Source of the DNA: Asterias rubens
Lineage: Eukaryota
Direction: 5' to 3'
Assembly (NCBI RefSeq): GCF_902459465.1
Contig: NC_047078.1
Coordinates: forward strand, 372,001-436,000
Length of the DNA: 64,000 nucleotides
Shown: one piece after another, positions 36,227 through 48,318 of the stretch
Layout: each line of letters begins with the position of its first letter
How positions within the stretch are numbered: position 1 is the stretch's first letter
The notes under the pieces: model-generated
Database searches by the model: none
What the model was told of the DNA's origin: nothing
Seen by the model: only the letters and a program-made list of their open reading frames with translations
Made by a program: the position numbers and the translations under genes

Positions 36227-39200
36227 ATGGAGGGTTTCATTGACAACAGAGACCAAGTCCGGCAAATTGGGACTGGGAATGTTTTGAGGGAGCTTCGAGT
36301 TGCAGATACATCAGGTTTGTACACAGGGACAATGCATGGGGAAACCTTGTTTGTTTCGGCGTGGAATGAGTACGGGTCATGACTTGTTATGTGAACGGAC
36401 GGGGAGGCGGGAAATTGTTCATTGGTGGAAAATTAGTGTGATTTTGTCTCTTTATAATGTTACAAAATTATTGAATTCTTAATTGATGGTCATGGTAATC
36501 GATGACAATATAAAAAGTTGAAATATTTTGTAATTTTTGTTGTTTTTCAGTTAAGATTTCTTGTTTTTTAACTTGTCTTTTACTTTTTTGTTTTAATTTT
36601 ATTTCAACAAGCCTAAAGGGTCAAGGGCTGGAATGTATTATTGCACTTGTATTTAGTAGTTGCGATACCGATAACGTAACCCTCCTGCAGACAGCGAAGC
36701 TGACAGGCGTGACAGGAAAAAATGATTTATTAAAAATTTATTAAAAATATAAACATATTTATGATGATTTTTCTGAAGTTGATCAGAAGCCCCCCCCCCC
36801 CCTGAATACCAGCAGCAATTCGCAATGTTTATCGGCCGAATATAATAATAAATGAATATGCTGTTTGGCAATATCTCAAAAAAGCAAACAGTAAGCGAGT
36901 GAAATTATTACGTTCATTTTGTTGTCTAACCTAAAACTAAAAAAGGATTAAAACAAGTGAACGGTTCTAAAATTTAAAACCAACTAGCAACTGTGTAAGC
37001 TACTTTGCCTTTTATGAAAAAAGGTCAACATAAAATGTTAAAGTTTCAATTTCAAAATAACTTGGTCTTCATACTCCCCATGATTATTTCCCTCCAGATT
37101 CGCAAAGTAATATTCAAGACAATGAAGAGTGGGATGCTGGGATACTAAGGCGTCGTACCCTACGACCTCGCCCAAGGGTCACCTACGAAGACTTGTCTCC
37201 CATTCACCGAAGAACACCTTCACCTCTGACGGCAACAGGTAGCTTCACATTTGAACCAAACATTCCAGAGGAGAGAGGGGACATTGATCAGGAACAACAG
37301 GAAACGAATCAGACAAATCGTAAGGAAATAATGGAGGACAGGACTCAAATTTTACACTAGACACATTCCCAGGCCAATGATTTTAGAGTCCAGCCAGACC
37401 ATGACCTGACAATTCCAACTAGCTTGTATTTTTCAACAGAATAACAATACCTCACTGACCTTACACAAACACATGATGTTCAAATTCGAGTATGAAATTT
37501 GCCCCTGGTGGCTAAAACCCAGATAGTCATTGTCATTTATACATGTAAAGTTGCTATTTTTGCTTTCAATTTACAATTTACAACATGTTCTTTCACAATC
37601 ATAGGTTCTCTTCCTTCGGAAATGAACTTTGAGACGCCCCCAAAGACGCCCAGATCGTCTCGAAAGTCACCCTCGAAGAGACCCATAGAAATGTCGCCCT
37701 CGACCACCGATCTGCCTTTCACGATACACATAGACAGCCCTGGTGATTCCCCGGCCGTAATTTCTCTGCTACCCAAGGAGCCTGTTCCAGCAAAGAGACC
37801 AAGAATGCTGTTGCTGGGAGACCAGGCATCGCTTGGGCAACAGCTAGCCAGCTTGACCAATGAGCAGCTTGTGGAGTTGGTGGAGGGAGTTGTCGAGAAA
37901 TATCCTGAAATGCATAAAGTAAGTAGCGTAGAACTCGAACTGATGAATGCTAAAGAAACACATACAGATCCTTGTACTTTGATTGATAGAATATGTGTCA
38001 CGGGTCATCCTTTATTTAGCCATATTTACTGCGAAGCCCTCCAAAGTCCAATATAGATAATTATTGTACACCTCACAGCATCGTTTCCACTATAAACGTT
38101 AGCTGTCCGTAGAGGAAAAATAGAGGAAAAATTTGTATCTACATGGATTGTCCTCATTGATTATAAGGTCTTAAGAATTTTCAGAGCGAGTTGAAAAAGT
38201 TTTTTGTTTTTTGGAGGAAGAAAAGAAACCAGTAACCTGGCGAACTAATGGAGTCACAACTTGAGACTAAAACACCCAGTGTGAAACTAGGTTTGCCCAC
38301 TGGGCTGGAACTTCAAATTTTGCAATCACCACTCCAATGTCTTCTGCTACAACCCAATTTCAACCAATTACACCCAGCCATGCCCATAGCCCAATTTCAC
38401 CCATTTTTACCCATTTTCACCTGGTACATTACGCTTATCCCATTTAGGAAGTACTAGCATTGTTACCTGAGCCCGACTTAACCCAGTACCAAGAAAGATT
38501 GTCGCAGTTACTGCACAACATATTCCGTGCCTTACCTCGAACAAGACTTGCTTCAACCCGTGGTGCATTGAGCTATAGACAGGTCAAAGTTCATCTCTTA
38601 GAATTTAAGGTAAGATTAAAATGTTACTGAAACTTCTGGCTCTGGTGTTGATCAAAAAATTAGAAAAAGACATGAACTGTGTATCATCTCTTATTCCACT
38701 GCTCCTTATTTAAACAATCTCAAAATTTTATGACTGCAAAGATTTTAAAGGCAGTTGACACTTGGTAATTACGCAAAATAATTGTTAACATAAAACTTTA
38801 CTTGGTAACAAGCAATGGAGAACTGTTGATAGTTTAAAACATTGTGAGAAACGGCTCCCTCTGAAAGAACGTAGTTTTCGAGAAAGAAGTAATTTTCCAC
38901 AAATTTGATTTTGAGATTCCAAATTTTGATTTTGATGTCCTGAAATCAAGCATCTGAAGGCACACAACTTGGTGCAACAACAGTGGTTTTTTTTCTTTCA
39001 TTATTATTTCGCTACGACCAACTAAGTTCAAATTTTCACAGGCTTGTTATTTTGTGCATTAAGATACACCAAGTGAGAAGACTGGTCTATGACATGACCA
39101 ATAGAACATTTCTAGGTTTGCTACCGTCCGTGAACTGTTTTTGACATATACGTTTACTTCTTGTGAATTATTGTTTTGTTAAGTATACACTCCCCTCTGC

Positions 39201-42200
39201 TCGCATGCTCATTAAGATTTCCTTTAACCAAGGCCCAATTTCATACAGCCTGCAAGCGTTATGAAATTGGGCCAATAGAAACTAAAGTTATCAATCTCAA
39301 ATAGTTACTGCACTACTCTAATATTTCTAAATTTTCTTTTTTTTAACCTCAGAAATACTGTATCCAGCAGGGACGACATCTCTTAAGCTGTCAAGCCTGG
39401 GGAGCAGTCATCAATTACGTACTGTTGGCATGGCAACTTGTCAATTTTCTACCAATGTGAGTAAACATTTGCATAATGAGAATGGATTTGCTCTCTCAAA
39501 GATGAAATCCAGGCCTGTCTCTTAGGAAACTGTATTGACCCCTCGCACCCGCGTCACACGCGGTGACCGATGCCACGCTCACGATGTTGGTGGTCAATAG
39601 GTTTACGTGTAAACGCCGTGTCGTCTAAAATGCGCACTTCACTGAATAACATACATTGACATTAATTACCAAATTGGCACATCCAAGATTATTTTAATGA
39701 TGACGTCGGGTGAATTGGGTCAATAGAGCACACTGCATTCATTGTATTAGCCTATGCACCCTGTTTTAAATTTGGACAACCTATTTTATCTGTCACCTAC
39801 ATGTAAGAGTATTTTACATAAAGAGAAGGAATACTCTGTTTTTAAATTTCCAGCAAATTTTGACACCCGTTTATCGAATCTTGGCTAAGAGAGGTTTGAC
39901 TGCACTGGGAATTGTCTGTATTTAGACAATAATTTCTGTTTTATTTGATATTTCAGTTGGGAGAATCCAGCTCATAATAAGGTGAGAAGCCAATGCCTCC
40001 GAAGTCTCGTCCTAGCATGTTCCAAGGCACTGAGGTCAGACGAGATAGACACAGAAAGACTAACGGAGCTTAGACCAAGGTAAAGAATAATTTGTTGATA
40101 ATAACCCTTTGCTGTGCTATACATTAATATCGTTGCATCAATGCAAAAACCTCATTTCTCAATATTGCAAAAACATCACAATCTGGTCCCAAGTGCTCTG
40201 TGCATAAACATTTTATTCAATTGCGAGGACTTGCTATGGACATCTGGGATGTTTTAAGAGAGGTACAACATTCTGACAATTTCAAAATCACTTAACATAA
40301 GGCCGATTAAAAAAAGAAACATGTTTAGCGTCCCCGCCCGCTTCCTTTTTAGAGGCAGCCTCCTTTTAAAAAAAAAAATTTATGCAAAATAAAAACAAAA
40401 AAATTAATGATTTTTTTTAATGAAAAAAGTAATATATTTTAAACAACCTCAGCTAAAGCAACCTGAAGGTTTTGTCTGGATGTCTTGTTCAACATAGTTC
40501 ATTTATGTATTGTGTGTTTGAGCAGTAGAAAAAACAATGGATTTTGACATTTAAAAATAATGGCGGCCATCTTGAAATAAAAAATAAAAAGCCCCTCCTT
40601 GCTTTTTCTGAGAAAACCGAACGCTAAACATGTTTCTTTTTTTACTCGGCCCAAGCCATATTTTAGGAGATGTGACATTTTTGAAGTGACATGACGATAT
40701 GATGTTTTGCGATTAGGGTGGGGTGTATTGCTTGGTGTGTGTATTCGCTATAGTGGAGAAGACGTGTATTTGACTTATTATGATTTACTGCATTTTCTGT
40801 GAGAACTACCATGGAACTACTACCATGTGAATAGTTTTCTGTCTTCAATCAATCAATCAGAGGGAATTTATAAAGCACCAGAAATCAACCAAAGTTGTTC
40901 AAAGGCGCTCTGTCAGAGATGATAATTTTCAGACTTGTAAATAAATAAACAAAATCATTCTGTCCATTCATATACACACCATGTTACATGGTAAGGTAGA
41001 AACCTGGCAAGAAAATAAGTTAATATTTCTGTCAAAATGAGTTCCATGCCTGATACTCCATGAAGGCAACGAAGGCGATTGCCTCAATGCCCCAAGGGCA
41101 TTGCCTTGAAACATGTTGAAATGCTCCAATAGAAATGTACACTTTCCTCATTCACCAAGGAAACATTTCTTGGTGTCCTTGCCCTTTCAAAAACAAAGCA
41201 TGACTGGTGGAAGTTTCTTCTTTTGAACCCTGGGTATAGCACCAATGGTTACATGGTTTCCCTTTCAAGTTTTTCTCAATTGTAATCTATATTCAAATTT
41301 AACTACCTTCCCCCTAAATCCTCTTCACAAACCTTACTAGGAAATGCTGGCATCAACAATGTCCACAAACAAAAGGTTTATTGTTAATCTCAATGCACAC
41401 CAACACTTAGTGTCCAGACCACAGCATGTACCATGTATACTGTCACATGAAGATAATGACTACGTAGTCTTTAAGGCCAAGTAAAAAGAAATACCAGTTG
41501 ATTGTCCCCTTCCTCATCCTTTTTTGATGCAGCATCTTTTTTTTAAACTATTTTTTGCTTATTTTTCTTTTTTTAAAGACAAATTTTCTGTGTCACATCT
41601 CTCATTTAACTTACTAATCATTTTAGAGATTGTAACTACATAAAGTAGGTGGTGACTTTAAACTGAACAATTGGTGGCCACAGTTTGCCTTAAAATGCTT
41701 GGCGTCCACTAAGAAATAAAAAATAAAAATCCCCTCATCCTCCTCTTTTTGGAAAAACCCTGACAATCAACTGGTAGATTGTTTTACTTGGCCCAATCAC
41801 TCAGCTTCATCACTTGTGAAAAGCAATGCCAGGTACATACAAAGGCCAGTGTACCCCAGTGTCCCTGTCAGTTGAGACAGTACATGTACAGCACACAGGG
41901 TTTCCAAATAAGACTTTTTCAAAATGGGGGAGGGGGCTTCTTGAACCAAAATTTTGAAGTTTGGTCCCCAAAATGTGGGTCATTCTCGACCCAATTTTTG
42001 AAAGTTGGGCCTGAGCACGCTGAATTGAAACAATGTCTTATGTGTTAAATTTGCATCGGGTTGAATAACTTTAAATTTGTACCCCTTAAAACTGTGTGTA
42101 AGCACTGTGTACTCAGTACTTTCCTGAGTCCTGCAAAAAGGAGGAGGACCTATCCTAAAATGTTCCAATTTTATTCTAGGGATTTAATATCATACATCTG

Positions 42201-42341
42201 AAGACAATTTCTTTGCTGAAATATGGTTACTTTTACTGATAATTTGTTATGTTCTACAGATTGGTGAAAGCATGCCGCCTGAACTCAATGATGCAACCAT
42301 GCCTAGACTCTCTACGTACTTCACTAGACTCTGACGTTTGA
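36227..42341 (+). CDS. Cut8/Sts1-family protein (putative nuclear proteasome tether), 7 coding exons, ~364 aa
   Basis: Exons: 36227-36314, 37098-37319 (alternative donor at 37238), 37605-37918, 38448-38609, 39353-39456, 39957-40079, 42260-42341; phases are consistent. The pattern QLASLTNEQLVELVEGVVEKYPEM...LLPEPDL...IFRALP...SYRQVKVHLLEF...LPIWENPAHNKVRSQCL resembles Cut8/Sts1 as I recall it. Exon 1 is the least certain. Confidence 0.72.
38745..39095. mobile_element. Degenerate Kolobok-like MITE copy
   Basis: TTAAAGGCAGTTGACACTTGGTAATTA start, with family-internal sequence. Confidence 0.7.
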
Positions 42342-43234
42342 CAGGGTTCAAGATTTACAATGTATCAGGTAGTTTTTATTGTACATTACTCATAGCTACA
42401 GAACAATCGTCGACTGAGTGCTATAAGGTCATAAACTGCAATCCAAACGAAAATCTACTCCACAGCAGTAGAGAATTATCTAGAATTCAGAAAACTCTAC
42501 TCTGTGGAAGTTTAATAATAGCAAGGTTCTCAAGAACAAATCTACCTAGCAATATGTAAACACATGGTGTAACCGCAAACCAGATAAACAAGATACTCTA
42601 CCCTGCAATGCCTCAAAACCAATACATGTACTGTGATTTCATATTCGTTATAATACAAAAGCTCATACAAATGAGTTAGTGAAATGAAACAACAATCCAC
42701 AAGTAAAGATTTTTTGAGAAACTGAAAGTGTCTTTTTGTCAAATAGTCTAGGAGACCAATCTTGATCAATACACTCCATTTATCAGGAACTCAAAAAAAT
42801 GCAAACTCAATTTATAAAGAATCCACACAAACCGCAAGAACGACCTTATAGTCCTGAGCCGACACATTCAATATTCCACTCCAATGTAAGCCCTGTCCAA
42901 ATTGGTGGCCATGGCTATGGCTGAACCACCGTGGCAACGTATGATGAATTACGGGGTGTTCTTAGCAACAGCCACAGCCGTTGCCACCATTTTGAATGCA
43001 GCCTAAATGTGCCTTTCATGCAAATAGATTGTTTTTTTCTAAAACTTTAAATGTACAGTTTTTTTATAGGCAAGGCACAATATTGGTATTTGATAGCCTT
43101 TGCAAAACTTATGCAAATTCCTTAATTGTTACATTCTTCGTAAAGTCTACTGCAATAAATTGTTCCTTATAAAGGGAAATTCATGATTATAGTTCATTAA
43201 ATTTGAAGAGCAAATTAACATGTGTCATTACATA

Positions 43235-43770
43235 GATAAAGAATATTAATTTTTGGTTTTACCCATATACACCGATGTGTGTAGCACTGTATACTCAGTA
43301 CTTTCCCCGAGTCCTGAACTGCCTCTAGCTACCGGGCAATCTCGGTGGTCTAGTTGGTATGACACTGCTCTAGAATTGCAAGGGTCGTGGGTTCGAATCC
43401 CACCCGAGTAAAAATGCCTGTGATTTTTTTTTTCACAGGACTCGGGGAAAGTACTGAGTATACAGTGCTACACACATCGGTGTATATGGGTAAAACCAAA
43501 AATTAATATTCTTTATCCCGAGGCAAATTTAACATCTATTAAATCGTTTGCAGTACCCGCTGCTAAACATAGGATTCGAACTGCCTCTAGCTACCGGGCA
43601 ATCTCGGTGGTCTAGTTGGTATGACATTGCTCTAGAATTGCAAGGGTCGTGGGTTCGAATCCCATCCGAGTAAAAATGCCTGTGATTTTTTCACAGGACT
43701 CGGGGGAAAGTACTGAGTATACAGCGCTACACACATCGGTGTATGGGTAACACCAAAAATTAATATGTGT
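43235..43770. mobile_element. Composite repeat: perfect 82-bp inverted repeat around a tRNA-like segment, followed by a second tandem copy
   Basis: 43235-43316 is the exact reverse complement of 43436-43517. tRNA-like segments lie at 43341-43409 and 43603-43670 (A box GGTGGTCTAGTTGG, B box GGTTCGAATCC). Confidence 0.8.
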
Positions 43771-45759
43771 CATTACGTTAGGCTTTTCCACTAAACCCAG
43801 CTTACAAATGAATTTTGAAAATTTCTTTCAACTTAGTAAATAAATTTTTGGTCATCATACTTAAGTGAATACAAGGATAAACAATTGATATTTTGTCAGA
43901 TGTTAAGCGTGTTGTAATTATGACTTAATATTTTTAAAAGTTGTAAATAAATTATTTGAAACTTTCTTATATTTTGTCAATGGGCGGTTATGAACAACAG
44001 TAATTTTTCACTCCGAGTGAGAAACATTCCATTTCGCCGACTGACTTTAAGTTCATTCTTGAGAAACAATTCTGGCCCAAAGCAGAATTCTAACTTTACT
44101 ACTGTTTTTATTTTGGCAGACTGTGTTCAAATGTTGTGTTGATAGAGAATGAAAATTCATAGTCGTTTTTATTTTGGCAGACTGTTCAAATGTTGTGTTG
44201 ATAGAGAATGAAAATTCATAGTAATGTCAGTTTTTAAATGTACATGGATTTTGAAAGGAATTTTGTTCAAAGTTTGAACAGAAATTGCTTTTGTTTAAAA
44301 TCTTTTATTCTATTCCAAAATAAATACAAGTTGAAACTTGGTTGAGTAGATTTAATTTTGAATATAAATTATGTAAAAGACTTAAAATGATTTGTTTCAA
44401 AATTATTGAAGTTTTCAACAAGTATTTAAAACCTAATACCTGTTCATATTTAAAGAGTGTCAAATTTCTTTAGGGAAGCTGCTAAAATAGTGCTGAAATG
44501 TTGCAACATTAATTTATTAGTGGAGCAACAATGGTGACTTTGGAGACACTAGGTGGCAGCAGACATAGTAATTCCATAGACCTTTTCGCAAATACCGGGG
44601 CGCGCGCGTAAAGCTTGGAATTAGGTGCATTGTGGTCTAGCTGGTATCCAAATTTGATCCATATATATCCCACAATGTACCTCATTCAACAGTCTGCGCT
44701 TGCGCATTGGTATTTGCGAAAAGGTCTATTGTTCTCAGAAATGTGCGCATTCTCCCAAATACGTCAACAACTTTTGTTCCACTGTTTTCAATCACTTGGT
44801 GTTCCAATGTTTTCCATCTGACGATTTTCATTTATTTTAATGCATCATTTTTTTCTTGATACCAGCCCAAGTTTTTCAGAGAAGATTTGTGTCTAAATTC
44901 CAGACATGCTTGAGAAGTGTATTTGATTTATGTGTCATAAAAGGACACACACAATCCTCCAAAATAAGAAACATTCAGTCTTTCCTGAAAAACTTACAAG
45001 TGCCTTATTGAGTTTGTGAAATTCTTCTCTGTTCATTAAACAGTTGAAAGGTTAAAAATGGCTGAGCCTTTTTAGAAATCAACAAAGAACATGCATCATT
45101 CCTTTTATGTTATGAATTTTAGCTAGCATCAAGGCTTGGTAGAGATTAATATATTTCTGGGCAAACATTTTGCTTGTTAAAGGAACATGTTGCCTTGGAT
45201 CAGTCGAGCTGTAACCGTTTGTTATAAAATGCATATGGGTAGAAAGATGTTTTAAAAGTAGAATACAATGATCTACACAAACATGCCTCGAAATTGCACA
45301 GTAATCTTTTTACACGCTAACACGCTCGGCCATTTATGGATGTCAAATTCCCATAACTGGCCGATCGTGTTAGTTCGAGACGTAAAAGGAAAACCGTGCA
45401 ATTTTGAGTGATACTTGTGTCTATCATTATACATGTATTCTACTTTTAAAACTTCTTTCTAACCATATGCATTCCATAACAAACGGTTTCAAACGCTTTT
45501 TATAGACAAACTTGACCGATCCAAGGGATCGGTTTCTTTTAGTAGTTCTATAAAAATGATGATGAAATTTCGGTGTGTACTTCTGATAATTGCTTCCAAA
45601 TGTTTTGAATGTTGTACTTTTTTAGTTCAGGTTAAAATGATTTGTGGTACCTTGATATGAATTTTTTAAATTAAAATGCAATAATAAATTGAATCCAAAG
45701 AGGATTAATTGAATTGAAACCAAAACAATTATTCTTGTATTCCTTGCAGGCACGGTACA

Positions 45760-46460
45760 TGTTTGGTAATTGTCACTTAGTGTATCCCATCATAAGCATA
45801 AAATAACAAGTCTGTGAAAATTTGGGCTCAATTGGTCATCGTTTGGTAATTGTCAAAGACCAGTCTTCTCACTTGGTGTATCCCATCATAAGCATAAAAT
45901 AACAAGTCTGTGAAAATTTGGGCTCAATTGGTCATCGTTTGGTAATTGTCTAAGACCATTCTTCTCACTTGGTGTATGCCATCATAAGCATAAAATAACA
46001 AGTCTGTAAATATTTGGGCTCAATTGGTCATCGTTTGGTAATTGTCAAAGACCAGTCTTCTCACTTGGTGTATCCCATCATAAGCATAAAATAAAAATTC
46101 TGTGAAAATTTGGGCTCAATTGGTCATCGTTTGGTAATTGTCAAATACCAGTCTTCTCACTTGGTGTATCCCATCATAAGCATAACATAACAAGTCTGTG
46201 AAAATTTTGGCTCAATTGGTCATGGAAGTTGTGAGAAAAGGATGAAAGAAAAACACCCTTGTTGAATAACAGACTTCCAGCTAGAAGTGTTTTAATATTT
46301 TAGTGAGAAATTACCTCTTTCTCACAAACTACTTTGCAAAAGAGGGAGTCGTTTCACACAATGTTTTATACTATCAACAGCTCTCCAATGCTTGTTACCA
46401 AGTCAGTTTTTAAGTTAATATTTGTTTTGAGTAACTACCAAACGTGTACCTTCCCTTTAA
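45760..46460. mobile_element. Kolobok-like MITE with its terminal ~97-bp segment tandemly amplified (~4-5 copies)
   Basis: GTTTGGTAATTGTCAAAGACCAGTCTTCTCACTTGGTGTATCCCATCATAAGC... repeats, and the element ends CCAAACGTGTACCTTCCCTTTAA. Confidence 0.75.
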
Positions 46461-46621
46461 TGCTTGTATGTAGGTGGTGTCCTCCGCTAATGTCACAGAC
46501 CTCTGTCCACAGACCTCTGTCCACAGACCTCTGTCCTTCATGTACATGTAAATAATTCATCTTGTGTCACAAAGTTCATGTCCCTGGGAGGCATGCCCAC
46601 TTACAAACAATACAATCAAAC

Positions 46622-46992
46622 TTAAAAGCAGTGGACACTAGTGGTAATTACTCAAAATAAATATTAGCATACCAACTTATTTGGTAACAAGCAAGTGTTG
46701 ATGGTATAAAACATTGTGAGAAACGGCGCCCTCTGAAGTAACGTAGTTTTCGAGAAAGAAGTAATTTTCAACTAATTTGATTTCGAGACCTCAGATTTAG
46801 AATTTGAGGTCCTGAAATCAAGCATCTGAAAGCGCACAACTTCGTGTGACAAGGGTATTTTTTCATTATCTCGCCATTTTGATGACCAATTGAGCTCAAA
46901 TTTTCACAGGTTTGTTATTTTATGCATATGTTGAGATACACCAATTGAGGAGACAGGTCTTTGACAATTACCAATAGTGTCCACTGCCTTTA
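46622..46992. mobile_element. TTAA-flanked MITE (Kolobok-like family)
   Basis: TTAA|AAGCAGTGGACACTAGTGGTAATT...AATTACCAATAGTGTCCACTGCCT|TTAA. Confidence 0.85.
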
Positions 46993-48025
46993 ATTACCCC
47001 TGCATGGGAGATTCCTTTAAGGTGACCTCGACCTCTTGAGATTGAATCTTTCTTGGGCTCCCAACCTTGAATGCAAGCTCAGAAATACAATTGACCTTTG
47101 TCATCCATGATGCCTCCATCTGGGTTCCATGTTCCTCATATCAGTCGCCTAAAGATTTACAAATAACTTACAGGGTTTACAGAAGGTATTGGTGAAAGAC
47201 TTCTCTTGAAATATTATTCCATGAAATGCTTTACTTTTTGAGAAAACATTAAAACAATATCAATTCTCGATATCGAGAATTACGGGTTTATTTTAGACAC
47301 ACGTTATGACACAGCGAAACAATGATGGGTTGTCCCATTATTTTCTCCCGACTCCGATTGAGCCCAAGTTTTCCCAGGTTTGTTATTTTATATAGAAGTT
47401 GTGATACTGTTTACCAAAAGGGTCCAATGGCTTTTAATGCCAAACGTGCCTTCGCAACATGTCTTTGATCATGGGGGACAGGAGCAGGGTTTTGTCAGGG
47501 CGACGCTTGTTCCATGATATTCACACATTTATAGTGACCCAAGCATTAATTTTGTCCAGCCAAGTGCAGGTCAACTTGATGGAAGCTTTAATAAAATCAA
47601 AATATTGGGGGAGGGGGGGGGGGGCATGTGGAAATGATGCATTTCCATTGTTAAGTAACCCAACAAGACATCTATTTCAAGGAGCATCTGGGATAAGTAT
47701 TCCAATCTGATTGATTGAGAAGTAGAACAAAGAACACAAATTTCTTCCTATCTGGAGAAATAAATAGATTGTTCTTCCATATTCACCAGGTGGACTTAAA
47801 CAGAAAACATTTTTGAAACCACCCCTCACATTTCATGTACAACTGTATTGTGAACAGTAAAAACTTAAGTGTTCTGAGTAACTGACGCATAAAGTCATTT
47901 AAACGACAGAAAATAAATACCAAAGTACAAACTGCATTTGAGATCACGTCTGTAGTTTTTTTATTAATTACATGTAAACCTCTCCAGAAATATTCAAGCT
48001 CAGTTGGATTATGTCATAATAGTGA

Positions 48026-48041
48026 CCAGTAGAGGGCGCTA
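48026..48041 (+). promoter_or_regulatory. Candidate CTCF motif just downstream of RPS19
   Basis: CCAGTAGAGGGCGCTA is a close match to the CTCF core consensus. Confidence 0.45.
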
Positions 48042-48318
48042 TTAATTATGGTTTGATGAGGACACTGGTAACCCGCAGTCTTAAAATAATTGCTGTACAG
48101 AGTTAAATACATCTTGGTAAAATTGTCCATGACCTAGTGTGAACCAGTGTAACCTAGCCAGTTTTTCTGGTTGATATAGAAAGCAATACTAGAAAGCTGC
48201 AATACATGGTCACAAAAGGCTAGATTTTAAGACAAACTTTGTACCAGTGTCTGTGATAATAAGTTTTGTTCTATTGAACTGATGGTGCAGTAACAGGTGT
48301 TATAAGCATTGATACAGC

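Noticed and set aside
37537-38001. 154-aa minus-strand ORF
   Set aside because: Antisense shadow of exon 3 of the Cut8-like gene.
43341-43409. Functional tRNA gene (also 43603-43670 and 10748-10805)
   Set aside because: The acceptor stem has only 5 bp, the anticodon stem is mismatched, and the sequences are embedded in dispersed repeat families.
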